NCBI GenBank assembly: GCA_015680685.1
Contig: MNCI01002495.1
Location: 62,001-126,000 of the forward strand
Source: Gnetum montanum
Taxonomy: Eukaryota > Plantae > Gnetophyta
Length of the DNA: 64,000 bases
Reading direction: 5' to 3'
Each line of letters begins with the position of its first letter. Position 1 is the first letter of the stretch. Under the pieces are notes generated by a model. It did not search any database, was not told where the DNA came from, and saw only the letters and a program-made list of their open reading frames with translations. The position numbers and the translations under genes are program-made. This document shows, piece by piece, positions 1 through 12,245 of this stretch.

Positions 1-1985
1 ACAAGGTTTTAATAGATGTCATGAGTATGATATTTCATTAAGTCTTAATAAATGTATATTTAGAGTTAAGTTTGAAAGTTTACTAGGTCTTGTGATCTGT
101 CAAGAAGAAATTACTATAGATAACTCTTGAATTCAAGTAGTACAGAATATCAAACATCCCACAAGTAAATAGTCTCTTAGATATTTCTTTAGAAAGATAA
201 ATTTCATTAAGAAATTTATCCCTAAATTCACTAAAATTACTAAATCTTTGATGCATATGTTCAAGAAATATTTCATAGTAGAGAAAACACTAGAATCAGA
301 GAGAGCCTTAGCAGAAATTAAAAAGGCCATTCAAGAAGCTCCATACTTGGTAAAGTGAAAATTGAAAGAAGACTTCTGGTTATATGCTTTTGATTCAAAT
401 GATTCAATTGCTACTATTATAACTCAAAAAGATAAAGTTCAAACTAAACTAATCATATTCTTTGGGTATTAATTGAAAGGTTCAAAGCTAAATTATTCAA
501 ACTTAGAGAAACAATCATTCGTAGTCATTAAAGAACTTCAGCATTCCAAATATTACTTGGAAAGATCATTAGTTCATATTATGCTAATTAAGCCTATATT
601 TAAACAATTCTTAGTCCAAAATGAAATTGGATTGAAAAGAGGGATGTGGCTTATAAAGATTCAAGGTTTCAAGTTTTCATTGAAAATCTACAAAACTATT
701 AAAGAAATGGGATTAGCTAAGTTAATGGCTAGAGAAGATGATGTGTGCTTAAGATTCATGAGGGAAATTGGTATGATGAGATTATAGAATTCCTTAATAC
801 ATGAAAGGTTCCAAATAACCTAACTAAGAATCAAAAGAGTGAATAAATTTATGGTTAAAGATGGAATTTTATATAGAAAGGATTTTAGAGGGGTCTTCTT
901 GGAATGTGTTCACAATTATCAAATTGGTCCTATCTTAGAACAATTCCATGATCATTCTATTTTGTTCTATGAATCTCCTAAGTCCACCATGTAACATATA
1001 CTTCACTATGATTTTTATTGGCCTAGTATGTATCAAGATATTAGTACAAGGATTCAGAGATGTTACAAATTTTAAATTTATGGATCAAAGATCAAAAAGG
1101 CTAGATCTCCCTTAAAATTAGTAATTGTAGATAGACCATTTTAGCAATGGGGCTTAGATTTTATTAACACAATTACTCCTTCAAGAGCTAGACATAATTT
1201 TATTTTCATAGTTATCGATTACTTTACCAAATGGTCTAAAGCAAAGGCTTTAAGAAAAATTTTAGCATCAAATGTGATTAAGTTCTTGGAAGATCAAATT
1301 CTAAGTTGTTTTAGTTTACTTGAAGTGTTGGTATGCAATAATGGACCTACTTTTCAATTTGAAGAACTTATATAATGGGCATCAGAAGAATCCATCTTTC
1401 TATTTTTCTCTTCAAATTATTATCCTCAAGGAAATGGCTTAGCTGAATCTACAAATAAAAAGTTCATTTCCTATATTAAAAAATTGATGGATGAAGATAT
1501 AGGAAATTAGATTGATTACTTGCAATCTGCATTATGGACCAAATGTATTAGATTTAACAAGGCCATTGGAACATCAACTTATAACTTAGTCTATGGTTTA
1601 CTCACTAGAATCACGAATAAGATTATAATTTTGGCCTTAGATTTTGTCCAATAGTATAGTTAGAAAATCAAAAAAGATAGATGTTTCATGACCTTGCTCA
1701 TCAGAAGAGACGATGACATGGATAGAGCTAAAGATAATTTACTAAAGAATGCCTCTCAAGTCAAAAGGTGGTTCAGTAAAAAGGCTCTGAAAAAAAATTT
1801 TAAAGTCAATGATCTTGTATTATTATGGAATATGAAGAAGAAAAATACATTTTTAGTAATATGGACTAGTCCATTTCAAATCAAGAAAAAATTATCAAAA
1901 GACACCTACAAGTTATCGACATTAGATGGGATGGAATTGTAGTTTTCGTGTAATGTTTTACACATAAAACATTATTTTGGACAAC
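1..1985 (+). mobile_element. Degenerate Ty3/gypsy pol remnant (RT C-terminus, RNase H, integrase), non-chromovirus/Tat-like
   Basis: Manual translation gives RNase H-type 'KLNYSNLEKQSFVV' (ORF 473-787) and integrase motifs 'QWGLDFI' (~1145), 'IDYFTKW' (~1213) and 'YYPQGNGLAESTNK' (~1418), then a GPY/F-like 'WTSPFQI' and 'YKLSTLDG' (ORF 1688-1942). Many stops and frameshifts. Confidence 0.85.
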
Positions 1986-2086
1986 TCCCAACAACTTAAA
2001 TCTATATATAAAAATTAATATATGTATATAGTAATATGTGTATGTGTGTATGTAACTATAGTACTATTAAGTATACATAGTAGTAG

Positions 2087-3540
2087 TGTTGGCGACCGTT
2101 TGGGACGCGACCGCCAACGAGTGTCCTCGAACAGGATTTAGGTGCCTGCTGGTCTCTGGCAACACCAAGGCCCAGATACCTCCAAATAAACTCAGTAGTT
2201 AATGTGAGTATGTGTGTGTGTTGTTGCAGCGTGTGGTTGTGTGAAATGTAACAACTGCGTTGTGTGTGAACTACAAATGACTTACTTTAAAGAGATTCAG
2301 TCAACTTTGCCAAGTACTGTGAGTTCTTGAAAATTTCCTGTTTTGTTCAACTACCTCGTCTACGTGGTCCTTATAATACCTACTTGTAACAAATAAAATT
2401 TTGTAAAAACATTTGAGCACCACTCCGCAATCTACTCCTAATTTTTCCCAGAGAAAGAGATAGTTCCACAAGAAAACTAGAAATAGAGCAAGATTCAATG
2501 GAAATAGACAGAAAAGAAAAGAAAGCAGATTTGTGTGGACCTCAAATATTTAAACAAGGTAAAATGACACGAGTAAACACTTCGCAATAAAGCTATTCCA
2601 AATTCAATATCTACGAATTGTTCAAACCTCCAAGGCTCAACCAAGCAATATCTTCAAGACAATCCTACTGTGCTACCAAAAATCGCTGCGTAAACTACCA
2701 CGTACGAGACTCCACTTTGACTAGACAATAGATGCCAACGATTGCATTCAAACAGAACCTTTAAAAGACTTGACAATTTCTGATTGAAATAACACGGAAA
2801 ATCACTTTAAAGATAAAGAAGCTATTCTGGTCCCATCAAAATACCAAAGATTTTCTGAACCCTCTCGGCTACTAAATTGTTCCACGGCGTGACTACAAAC
2901 AGAGGCTCTCTTCCAACAACCCAATAGCAGTTCCCAAACGTTGCACAATAACGAAATTTACTACTAAAATGCTCTTAAGGCTTTTAAACACAAGCGCTTC
3001 TATGGCAAAATTTTAATAGAAATTTCTATCGGGCAACAAGAACAATAAGAGCAATCTAAAAATCCCAAAATTACTTGCCAAGGATGATACTATCTAAACC
3101 ACTAGCTAAGCAATTTAAACAAAACAAAAAATGAAATGCATAACTCACAGGACCATGACAAAGAGGCTGAAATCTTTATTCTAGCAAGCCATCTTTCAAG
3201 AAATCTTCTTTACAAATCTTCCAAGTGTGATGTGAGACCCAATGTGATGTGAGAAGTGATGATTCCCCCCTTTTTTTTTCTTTTCTCCTTGACCCCTGAA
3301 GCCTTTTTATAGGGTTCAAAGGTAGGTAGGGAAGTTACATATTCAAAAATATCTCACCTAACTTTTCTCCCAAGTAACTTAGCCAACCAATGAGGAGATT
3401 ACTTGCCCAACAAGTTAGGAGGTTACTTGCCCAACAAGTTAGGTAAGTTACAACAATTTTAGATGGTTGCAACCACCAAAGAGAAAAAGAAGTTGACAAG
3501 TGGCCTTGGTAGAAAATTAAAATATAATTTCTAAAATACA
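2087..3540 (-). mobile_element. Probable solo LTR (same family as the LTR ending at 9817)
   Basis: Begins TGTTGG at 2087. 2120-3310 is the reverse complement of about 8690-9777 (e.g. gatttaggtgcctgctggtctctggcaacacc vs ggtgttgccaaagaccaacaagcacctaaac). Minus-strand TATA near 3306. No PBS or clean TSD. Right boundary is uncertain (3540, possibly ~3970). Confidence 0.6.
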
Positions 3541-4054
3541 TAGGAATACAAGCTATAGTGGCAACTTACTTTATACACATATATATCTTTTTAATTTTGA
3601 GATGTAAAGTCTTTTAAGTGATGTATATGGAAGTTACAATTTCAAAATATCCAAAAAAGAAAATCCCAAAAATATTCCTCCTAACTTTTCTCTCAAGTAT
3701 TTTGACTAACCAATCGGAAGATTTCTTGTCCAATAAGCTAGGAGAAAGTTATGTGGGTATTTTATGCTAACTTTAATGTAATGTGACTTAAATGGGATAA
3801 TCAATATGGTAAATTTTAATAGGTAGTAACTCATATATAATAATGATTTAAGGCAAGCTTTTCTTTTAAAACAGGACTCCACATTATATGTATTATATTA
3901 TGTAATTTGTTTAGATCCCTAATTCTAACTTAAAGTTTTAAATTCTAAGTGCCACTAAGCTTATCATAGAAATATAATATAACCTCCACCTTATTGGTGG
4001 TAGTGGTAGTTAGCTTAATTTTAATTTTTTCATCCTAGTAATTGTAGCTAAAAT

Positions 4055-5100
4055 TCGGAATACAAAACCGAAGGCGAAGCCACCGATCCTGCAACTGATT
4101 CATCATACCAAAAATCGTTACCAGCAACTGCCGCACATGAGAAGGCTCAGCCGCCGTACATGAGAAGGCTCAGCCGCCGTATCAGGGAACATTGTTGCAT
4201 CGAAGGCATTAACATCGGACGTAGTTATTATATTTTTGGTTGCAGGTTCCAGGGCGGATAAACTGGCAATTGCCGATTTGTTGCTGTGTTCTATTTGTTG
4301 TTTTTTTTTACCGCCTAGAACGACTTTTGAACTGCATTCTCAGGCCTGCAACTACCGTAAATATTGTGCCATCTGTAGCACGCGATTTTTTTGATGACGT
4401 GCAAATCTTAGGGCTCCTCCCGCTACGGCAAATCTTCTTCTTTGGAAACGACGAGGGTTTCAGAACAACGCAGAATCCAACAGGGTTTGGCGACACACAA
4501 GGGGTTTTTGTGGCCCTGTTCACCGCCCTCTCCGTCTTTGCCCTGCCGTCTCCACATCATTGATGCGCCTGCTGCAACTTCGTTGTATGATGTTCCGATT
4601 CCTAATTGTTCCTCGTCCCTACACAAAATCCGCAAAAATGGACACTTGCTCTGCTCCACTCTCAACCTTGACTCCAATACATCCAGTACGTACTCTCCAG
4701 AGCGGAGTTCCATCCGCAGTGGCTTTCAAACCCTACAATGGCCATAAATTGCAAAGAAATCTCTGAAACTCATCCGCGTTGGTTTGCAAATAACCTTACT
4801 GTCTGTTTTTCTCCTCTTTCTTTTTCTCGTCCTGTTCTTGATGCTTGGTTATGCTAACTCCCACTACAACTCCGATCAAATTTCCATGAAATCCTCTATT
4901 TGAAATGACTCTATAGCATGGACTGCTCTTTCCATACGAATGAAAGCAATTAGATCTTTTAATCGCTACTATGCTTATTGATTACAAACAGATGGTGCCA
5001 TGATAAGAACAGTTTGAGGAAAATTTTTGGTAACACCCTGATTTTTGGTGCCGCAACATGAGTAGCCGCAATAAGAACATTATATTGCATCGTCTTGAAG
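4055..5100. promoter_or_regulatory. CpG-rich island, likely host promoter/5' gene end
   Basis: Abrupt rise in GC and intact CpG against a CpG-depleted window. Telo-box-like AAACCCT motifs on both strands (AAACCCTA at 4728-4735; AGGGTTT near 4455 and 4482). No TE motifs seen. Confidence 0.55.
4135..4180. repeat. Perfect 23-bp tandem duplication (acatgagaaggctcagccgccgt x2)
   Basis: Seen directly; no N at the junction. Confidence 0.9.
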
Positions 5101-5599
5101 TTCATTTCTTTTTAAGAAAAATGATCACATCTTACCATTTCAATGTTTGTATTGTAATATTTTCTAAAAATCTCAACCATCTCATGTCTCTATTCCATAC
5201 AATGGCTAAATGTACCAACAAGTAGGTAATAAACTTTTATATATAGAATTTATAATATATATATATACACACACACTTAGTAGAACATATATAACAAATA
5301 TTATAGGCTTATGTAATGTTTAACCATAGCATTTATATCCTATATGTATGCTTAAGTATGTCTATATAATATTATAAAACATGTATACATTAGAGTATTA
5401 GTTTAAAAAATATTTAATAAAAAGTGTTAGTTTAAAAATTAGATTTAGATTATCCCAAGTAATCATTCCTTGTAAGTGGGACTGATGGTTAGATAACTAC
5501 ATAGTGGTGAATTAATTTCAACAACCAAATGGTAGAATTTAAATTAGCCAACTATATGATGATGAAAATTAAATAAGTTTTGGCTAAGTGGTAAAGTTG

Positions 5600-7620
5600 G
5601 TTAGTGAAATTGGTGGGAATTTCAAATTTACCTTACACTATATAAAGAGATGTGAATTGCTTGGAAATATATCATTTCTCAATTCTAGGCTTGATTAACA
5701 AGGCAAGTTAAGTGTTTGAGTATGAGGTAGAAATATGGTTCTTGGAGAAAGTGCAACAAGAAGGCCTTTTATCGCATATGTTACGAAATGCTACCCAAAG
5801 CATGCCTGAAGAGTCTATTGTAAGGCAACTGCCCATGGAGCATCTAATGAAAGCCCTTTATTACTTTGGCTTTCAGATGAGTTTAGATTTATCATTGGTG
5901 AACTTTCTATACATTCTAATATTTGGGGTAGCTTTCATGAATGCACGACCGAATTTGAATTTCAAGAAGAATCTGATAAAGATGATTCTTGGGGAGAGCC
6001 TTTCATGACTCAAGATACTAAATCAACTAGTTTGGGAGAACCTCAAAAATCAATAGCCAAGGAATTGGATGAAAATAAGTAAAGATAGTTGTTGAAGACA
6101 AAGATGAAGACCAAGTTGAGGCTTCAACTAGGCAAGAAGAGGAAAGAATGGCATTCATCACTACTAAGATTACATATAAAAGGGTTCATGATATGAGAAT
6201 TGCTAAGAGAGTTACTTTAACTATTCTTTTTCCACCCATAGAATAGTTTGTGTGAAATTATGTTTGTATAGTTTCCTAAGTTTTATTAGGAATGAGGTTT
6301 TTATTTCATCAAACCTTAAGTTTGGTGGAAGTTTTCCTCAAAAAAGATTTGCATTTTTGTAGAAATGTTTAATAAATTCCTGTTAGGGATGATGATTAAG
6401 TTGGTAGATGATCTTAAACATCATAAGTCTCCAAAGAATTTAAGGAAGGGGAATGGGATGTTGGCACATTTTTGGCCATTTTATGGAGTAGGAATATGAA
6501 ATCATTAATTATGACAAGTTTCTTTTGAAATACAAGAATAAAAGGTTATGCACTTGAGGATTATGATTAACATTGCCTATTTAAGTTTTAGGCAAATAAT
6601 TTATTTAGTGTTTCTCTTCTAATATGACTATTATTTATTCATGTGGAATTTTAATAGGAAGCATGAGATGGATTACTTTTCAGTTCTCAATATCTTTGAG
6701 CTTTTAACTTCTAATAGATACATAGGTGATTAACATTCTCTTTACTTGAGATTAAATCAATCATGAGCCTATTACAGAGCCTATTACAGGGCCAATACAT
6801 TTGAATTCTAGTGAAAACAATTAAATAGAAACGTGTAACCCACAACTAGGATATCAAGGGCATAATAATTTAAAGTTTAAGAAATGCATTTTAGTGATAC
6901 CATGACAAACCCTTTGTAATGAATTATTGTATTACTGCTCTAGAAAATGAAAAATATTTAAACAAAGAAAAAACTAGGGTCAGCTATTGTTTATGGAATA
7001 GTATTTTAAGTTATTGAAGCAACAACAAAAATTGGAAATACATTTGAATAGCAATGATTACAATCATTATTAATGAGTGTGAAAGAGTGGATTACATGAA
7101 GAATTGCAAAAGTTCCTAAGAGTTACTGAAAGTCACTAAGTTGGGTTTTATATGCTGAAAATGAAAATTTTTCAAAGGAAATTGAATCATTATTTGAAGA
7201 ATCTGTTGCAAGTTGTGAGAGGAAAATGTAGTATATAGAGTTTATATGTTTATTCTTAGGAAAAATGTATATCCACAAAGGCATTGTGAAATAGATTTTT
7301 TTTTTAAAAAAAGACATGAACACCCAAGCACACACACCATGAGAATAACAAAGAATGAACAGAAATGTATGGAATGATAAGTGTTATTAGTTAGGAATAT
7401 TATATGACAACGTCCTAGTATGAGGATATGGATTGAGAACTTTTAATCATTTTAAACAAGCCTAGGGAGGTTAAATAATCTCTACATGAGAAATGACTAA
7501 TGATGTATGCAGAGAAAAACTTTGCCTTTGAAAACTACTTGATTTATAAATAAATAAGCTTCATGATCAAACAAAGGATTTTACTTAGAAGATATAAGCA
7601 AAAATAGAGAAAATTGGTGG
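5600..7620 (+). mobile_element. Probable 3' internal remnant of an Athila-type element (extra-ORF relic, 3' UTR, pre-PPT motif)
   Basis: Short ORF 5712-6008 followed by an acidic broken frame. 'ttacttagaagatataagcaaaaatagagaaaattggtgga' (~7580-7620) resembles the Athila pre-PPT motif TTGCTxGAGGACxAGCAA...GGGG. An LTR follows. Confidence 0.4.
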
Positions 7621-8689
7621 AAAATAAAACAAAACTAAATAAATTAATCATTTTAATAGAAATATCGGGTCCTTCAAATCCTAGTTGTTCTAAAATGTTC
7701 TCAAACTCCTAAGGAAAAATGACACCCATTCTTTCAAGTAGCTTTGTTATTATTTCTTGATGAATGATAGTCATTTACCATAATGGCATGGAAATTATCC
7801 ACATATGCCGAATGTTAATAGGACCAATGACACAGCAGCGATAGTTATAACAAGAGTAAGTGACATTAATGGCATTCAGAATTATTGGCAGTAAAAACAC
7901 TTTCAAACCCTAACTACTATGGTATTTGTGGTTCCATTAAAATCCCGTTATAGTGCATTCCTTTAGAATGCATGGTCTTTGCATGGCTAGGTCAAGCTAG
8001 AGCCAACATTGATGCTCACCATCTTGACAACAGTAGCAACGAGCAAGGTGGCAATGGTGATACAACATTAAATGAAGGTGCTTAGTGGTATCAACATGAC
8101 ACAACACAGAATAGGCAAAAAGGGTATCAATGATGATACTAAATTGTAGGCAACATAGGAGGCATAGGTAGTGTAAGCGACCATGGCAAAAATTTGAGGT
8201 GGTTACTAGAAAAGAAAATGCAACATGGCAAAATAAACCATCATTCTCACCATACACCATCCACAAATCCTCATCCCTACCCCAATGTAATGGGCTTATG
8301 ATTGTAAAAATTTGATTTAACTAATATATGTTATGCTTAAAGTTAAAGTAAAAATATGTGTACAAATTAATATAGGCATAAACCTATAATTTAAGTTTAA
8401 AAAATAATCTAGATATGATTTTTCAAAATATAGGAAAGATTATCATTTTAAAAAGAAAAGGAGATTATTAAATAATTATTCAATGAGACACTTGCCAATT
8501 GTGGCATAAAATTCTCTAATTTTTTATAACTCCCTATGGTCATCTTCATGATTTTTGTTACTAAGAAAACACTTGGCAACCATGGCTCAAATTACTACTA
8601 ACTTCCTATTGAAGTTATAACTTCTAAGGTAGCTATAAAGTAATATACTTAGATATTTGTAATGCCCATAACTTCTCATGATTATTGTA

Positions 8690-9817
8690 ACTACCCTAAG
8701 TTTACTATAAAAGTTGAGGAGAGAAGGATTTTGGAAGAAAAGACAATAGAAAAATCTTTGTAAGATGACTTGCTAAAGACATCAATTTAGTTGCTTTGTT
8801 TTAATCCTATGAGTTTATTTCTTCCTATTTTTTTTTAGTTACTTAGCTAATGGTTTAGATAGTATCATTTTTGGCATCTAATTTTGGGATTTTCCCTAGG
8901 TTACTTTCATAGCTCTGTTTTTGTGCAATATTAAACATCTATTAGGATTTGCCATAGAAGAGTTTCTATTGTTGAAAAGCCTCAAGAGAGATTTAATAGT
9001 AATGTCTTAACGAAATTACCTATTTTGAGCATAGAGAATCTAAAAAAATATTTAGTATTTTGAGATGATTGAAATAGCTTCATTGTTTTAAAGTGTATTG
9101 CCTAAGTATTTCAATCCTAAAATTGTCAAATTTCTTGAAGGCTTTGTTGAATGCAATCTTTAACAACTACTAACTAGCCAAAATAGAGACTCGTACTTTG
9201 TCATTTACACAAAAGTTTTGGTAGTATAATAAGATCACCTTTTATGAAATTGCTTAGTGAGCTCAAAGGGTTTGGACAAATTGTAGTTAGATTGAATTAT
9301 AATAGCTTTATTGCGAAGTGTTTCCTTGTGTCAATTTATCTTTCTTAAATATTGAGATTTCACATAAATATGCTTTCTTTTCTTTCTCTTTCTAAGTCCA
9401 TTGAATCTTGCTCTATTTCTAGTTTTCTTGTGAAAATTTCTCTCTAGGGGAAATTAGGAGTAGATTGGAAAAATTGTGCTCACACATTTTTGCAAAATTT
9501 TATTTGTTACAAGTAATGTACTATAGGGACTATATAGACTACGTGATTGGAAAAAATACGAACCATCAACAACTCATAGTATTTGACAAAGTTAGCTGAA
9601 TTTTGTTTATGATAGCCAATAACAATTTCATACACAACCCAACCATTTCAACATTCACAATAGCAAACACATACTCACATTTAGTTCATTACATAATCAC
9701 TAAGTCTATTTGAAGGTATCCGAGATTTGGTGTTGCCAAAGACCAACAAGCACCTAAACCCTATTTGAAGAACACCTTCATCTCATGACCTCAGTCATGA
9801 GATTAGGGGCCCACAAC
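8690..9817 (+). mobile_element. LTR (TATA-R-U5 part); U3 probably extends left towards ~7620
   Basis: TATA near 8706; ends ...cccacaaCA at 9817; homologous to the reverse complement of 2087-3310 but CpG-decayed. Confidence 0.65.
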
Positions 9818-9829
9818 ATTGGTCATCCC

Positions 9830-10350
9830 AAATGATTTCCAATAAGGATAAAATCCAAAAACACATAGAGAGGTACAATGATCAATATCACATATATAAT
9901 TGAACATAAATATGCATACACTCTCATGCAATCTCTCTTCCAACTCTCTCATGCACTTCTATCCCATCAAAATATGTAACATAATACATATTTATTAATT
10001 ACAAGATCAAGAACCCTAGGGAAATGTTCCTCATAATCCACTCAAAGATTCTTGGTTGTTTCCAATCTTTGTGTCATCTTTTCCAAGTATTTTCACATTG
10101 AAACTACCATGTTTGAGATTTTCTTTAGTTAAAAAAGATGTCTTTTCATCAATCCTAGCTTTCAAGTAAGATGTATCCTTCTCAAATAGGACGTCTCCCT
10201 AGAGATGTCTTCTCTTAGGTTGGATATCTCCCCAAAGACATCTCTTATCTAAACAAGATATCTCCTAGGAATTTGTAATGTCTCCTATGTCATCTTCATA
10301 TGTGGGCAAGATGTCTTTTAGGTCACCAAGATGTCTTTCTAGCTTTGTAA
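9830..10350 (-). mobile_element. Fragment of a SIRE-like Copia LTR
   Basis: Array of gatgtct/gacatct/gacgtct motifs (10135-10340; intact GACGTC at 10190-10195) with the same layout as the LTRs at 52141-53233 and 57207-58323. Confidence 0.45.
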
Positions 10351-10727
10351 AACCTTTAATCTTCTACTTGTAGAAATGAAAAGGAATTTGAAAGAGGTGC
10401 TTCTACACTAAATTTCACTTCTGCTAATCATATAGCATTAATCTTAATTGTTAAAATTAATGGATTTTAATGAAAATAATGAGAAGAAAGAGAAGAATGA
10501 TAGATAAAGTATTTTGAGTGATGAAAGTAATGAAAAGAATGATGAGTTGTTGGTGATGAGAGAGTAATGAATTATTGATAAAAATATTTTGTTAAATCAT
10601 TAATCATCAAGAGTAGTTTCTTTCATCAGCAAGACTTGATGAGAATTGTGTGCAACCTAGTTGGAATATTAGGAATGTAAATAAGTCATAGACAAAGTTT
10701 AATTAAGGTATATAAATGCTTAATTAG

Positions 10728-11617
10728 TGATGAGTCATCATTATGTCAACCCTGATATTAGATACCCAATATCAAGACTCTAATATTGAATACACAATAT
10801 CAAGTCCCAAGAAATGATGTTGGATATCTAATATTGTCTCTTCCATCCTAGCCTATACATACAACACTTGGGTGCATAGTTGGGATATAGTTTTAGCTCT
10901 TAGTTTTTGATAGTTTTTCTTAGATTTCTGAATTCAAGTTTTGTTATTCCTAGTGCATGCCTGTAGTGTGATGTTTGTACTCGTATGACACCTTTGTTCA
11001 AGTGTGATGTACTTGGAAACATTACATGACTGGAAATAAAGATCAAGATTACTTCAATCATTACTACATTTACTTATATCTGTTATTCCTTTAATTATTT
11101 AATCGTTTAATTATTTATTATTTTATTTAATTAAATGTTTTCATTCATTGCTATATACTATTCCTATTATTAAGCAGAATGAGTACAACTTAATCACAAG
11201 CACTTAAGTATAAATAGTCGGTAATCCAACAGTGTATCGTCTAGCACACCTAGTGGCATATGCTTGGCAATCCCAATAGTAGTTATATGAAGTCCAAGGC
11301 ATTTATAGATGATTGGGGATAGGTATTCATCACACATAGGCTAGTTTAGATATTATTTTCCATTCTTCATTAGCTTATTTTATTTATCTATTTATTGTTA
11401 TTAGGAGTAGCATAGAATTAGACAACATCATATGCCTCACTTTAGACTAAACCATACATGACAGAGCTACCACTCGTGCAAGTGGGAAAACAACAAACTA
11501 CGATCAAAGCATAATGATTTAGATGCACAACTAGTTCCATCCATGGAATTCTACCAAATTATGCATGAATGCTTGTGATTCGTATGGTTGGACGTAGGGG
11601 TATCTTGTCGCTCATCA
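10728..11617 (+). repeat. 5' LTR of copy A
   Basis: TG...CA termini, matches 20620-21499, TATA-like cctatacata ~10853, followed by PBS. Confidence 0.92.
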
Positions 11618-11618
11618 T

Positions 11619-11636
11619 TGGTGCCATTTTTAGGGA
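11619..11636 (+). promoter_or_regulatory. Primer binding site, tRNA-Asp type (decayed)
   Basis: tggtgccatttttaggga vs the Athila consensus TGGCGCCGTTGCCGGGGA, directly after the LTR end. Confidence 0.8.
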
Positions 11637-12245
11637 TATTGCTAGTTATCTAGATTAGTTACATCATACACAATTGTTGTAAAGGTATTAATGATATATC
11701 CTTTAGAAAGTATTAAATCAAACACCTTAAGCCAAAAAAAAAATGTCTTGTTCACAAGGAAGCGATAATGCACTATATAACAAAAACATTCATTGGAGAA
11801 CTAATGAGATATATAGTAAGCAAAATTGGAGTGACCAACCTTATGTAGGGTTTTCTTAAGTTCATGACCATCCTAACAACACTTAAAGACTATGTTCACC
11901 TAAGGTAAACAATCTTGGAGAAGATGACATAATTCCTAAATTAGGGAAGGCCTCAAGGCCTAAGACCTCCTCGAAACCAAGAAATAATAAATTAAGGGAC
12001 CATGGGGAACACCATAGAAGCCATGGCAATCCTTCCAGTTCTTCACCTTCCTCTTTCCTTTCAATGTCTAGTTTTAACAAAGATGAATGTAGGTATGAAG
12101 ATAAAGCTCCACTAACGGGTTAGAATAGAAACAAAAATCAAACCCATAGGAACACTCACAGTCATCAACATAAACATAAACAAATCCTCATAATCAACTG
12201 AATGGAAATGTCCATCAAAACTTTTCTGATGATGATGAACCATTT

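Noticed and set aside
4240-4766. Several overlapping ORFs in the CpG island
   Set aside because: Expected in GC-richer DNA; none resembles a known protein and several use non-ATG starts.
9818-9835. TGG after the LTR end as a PBS
   Set aside because: tggtcatccc does not match a tRNA 3' end I recognise and no gag follows; the LTR is more likely a 3' LTR.
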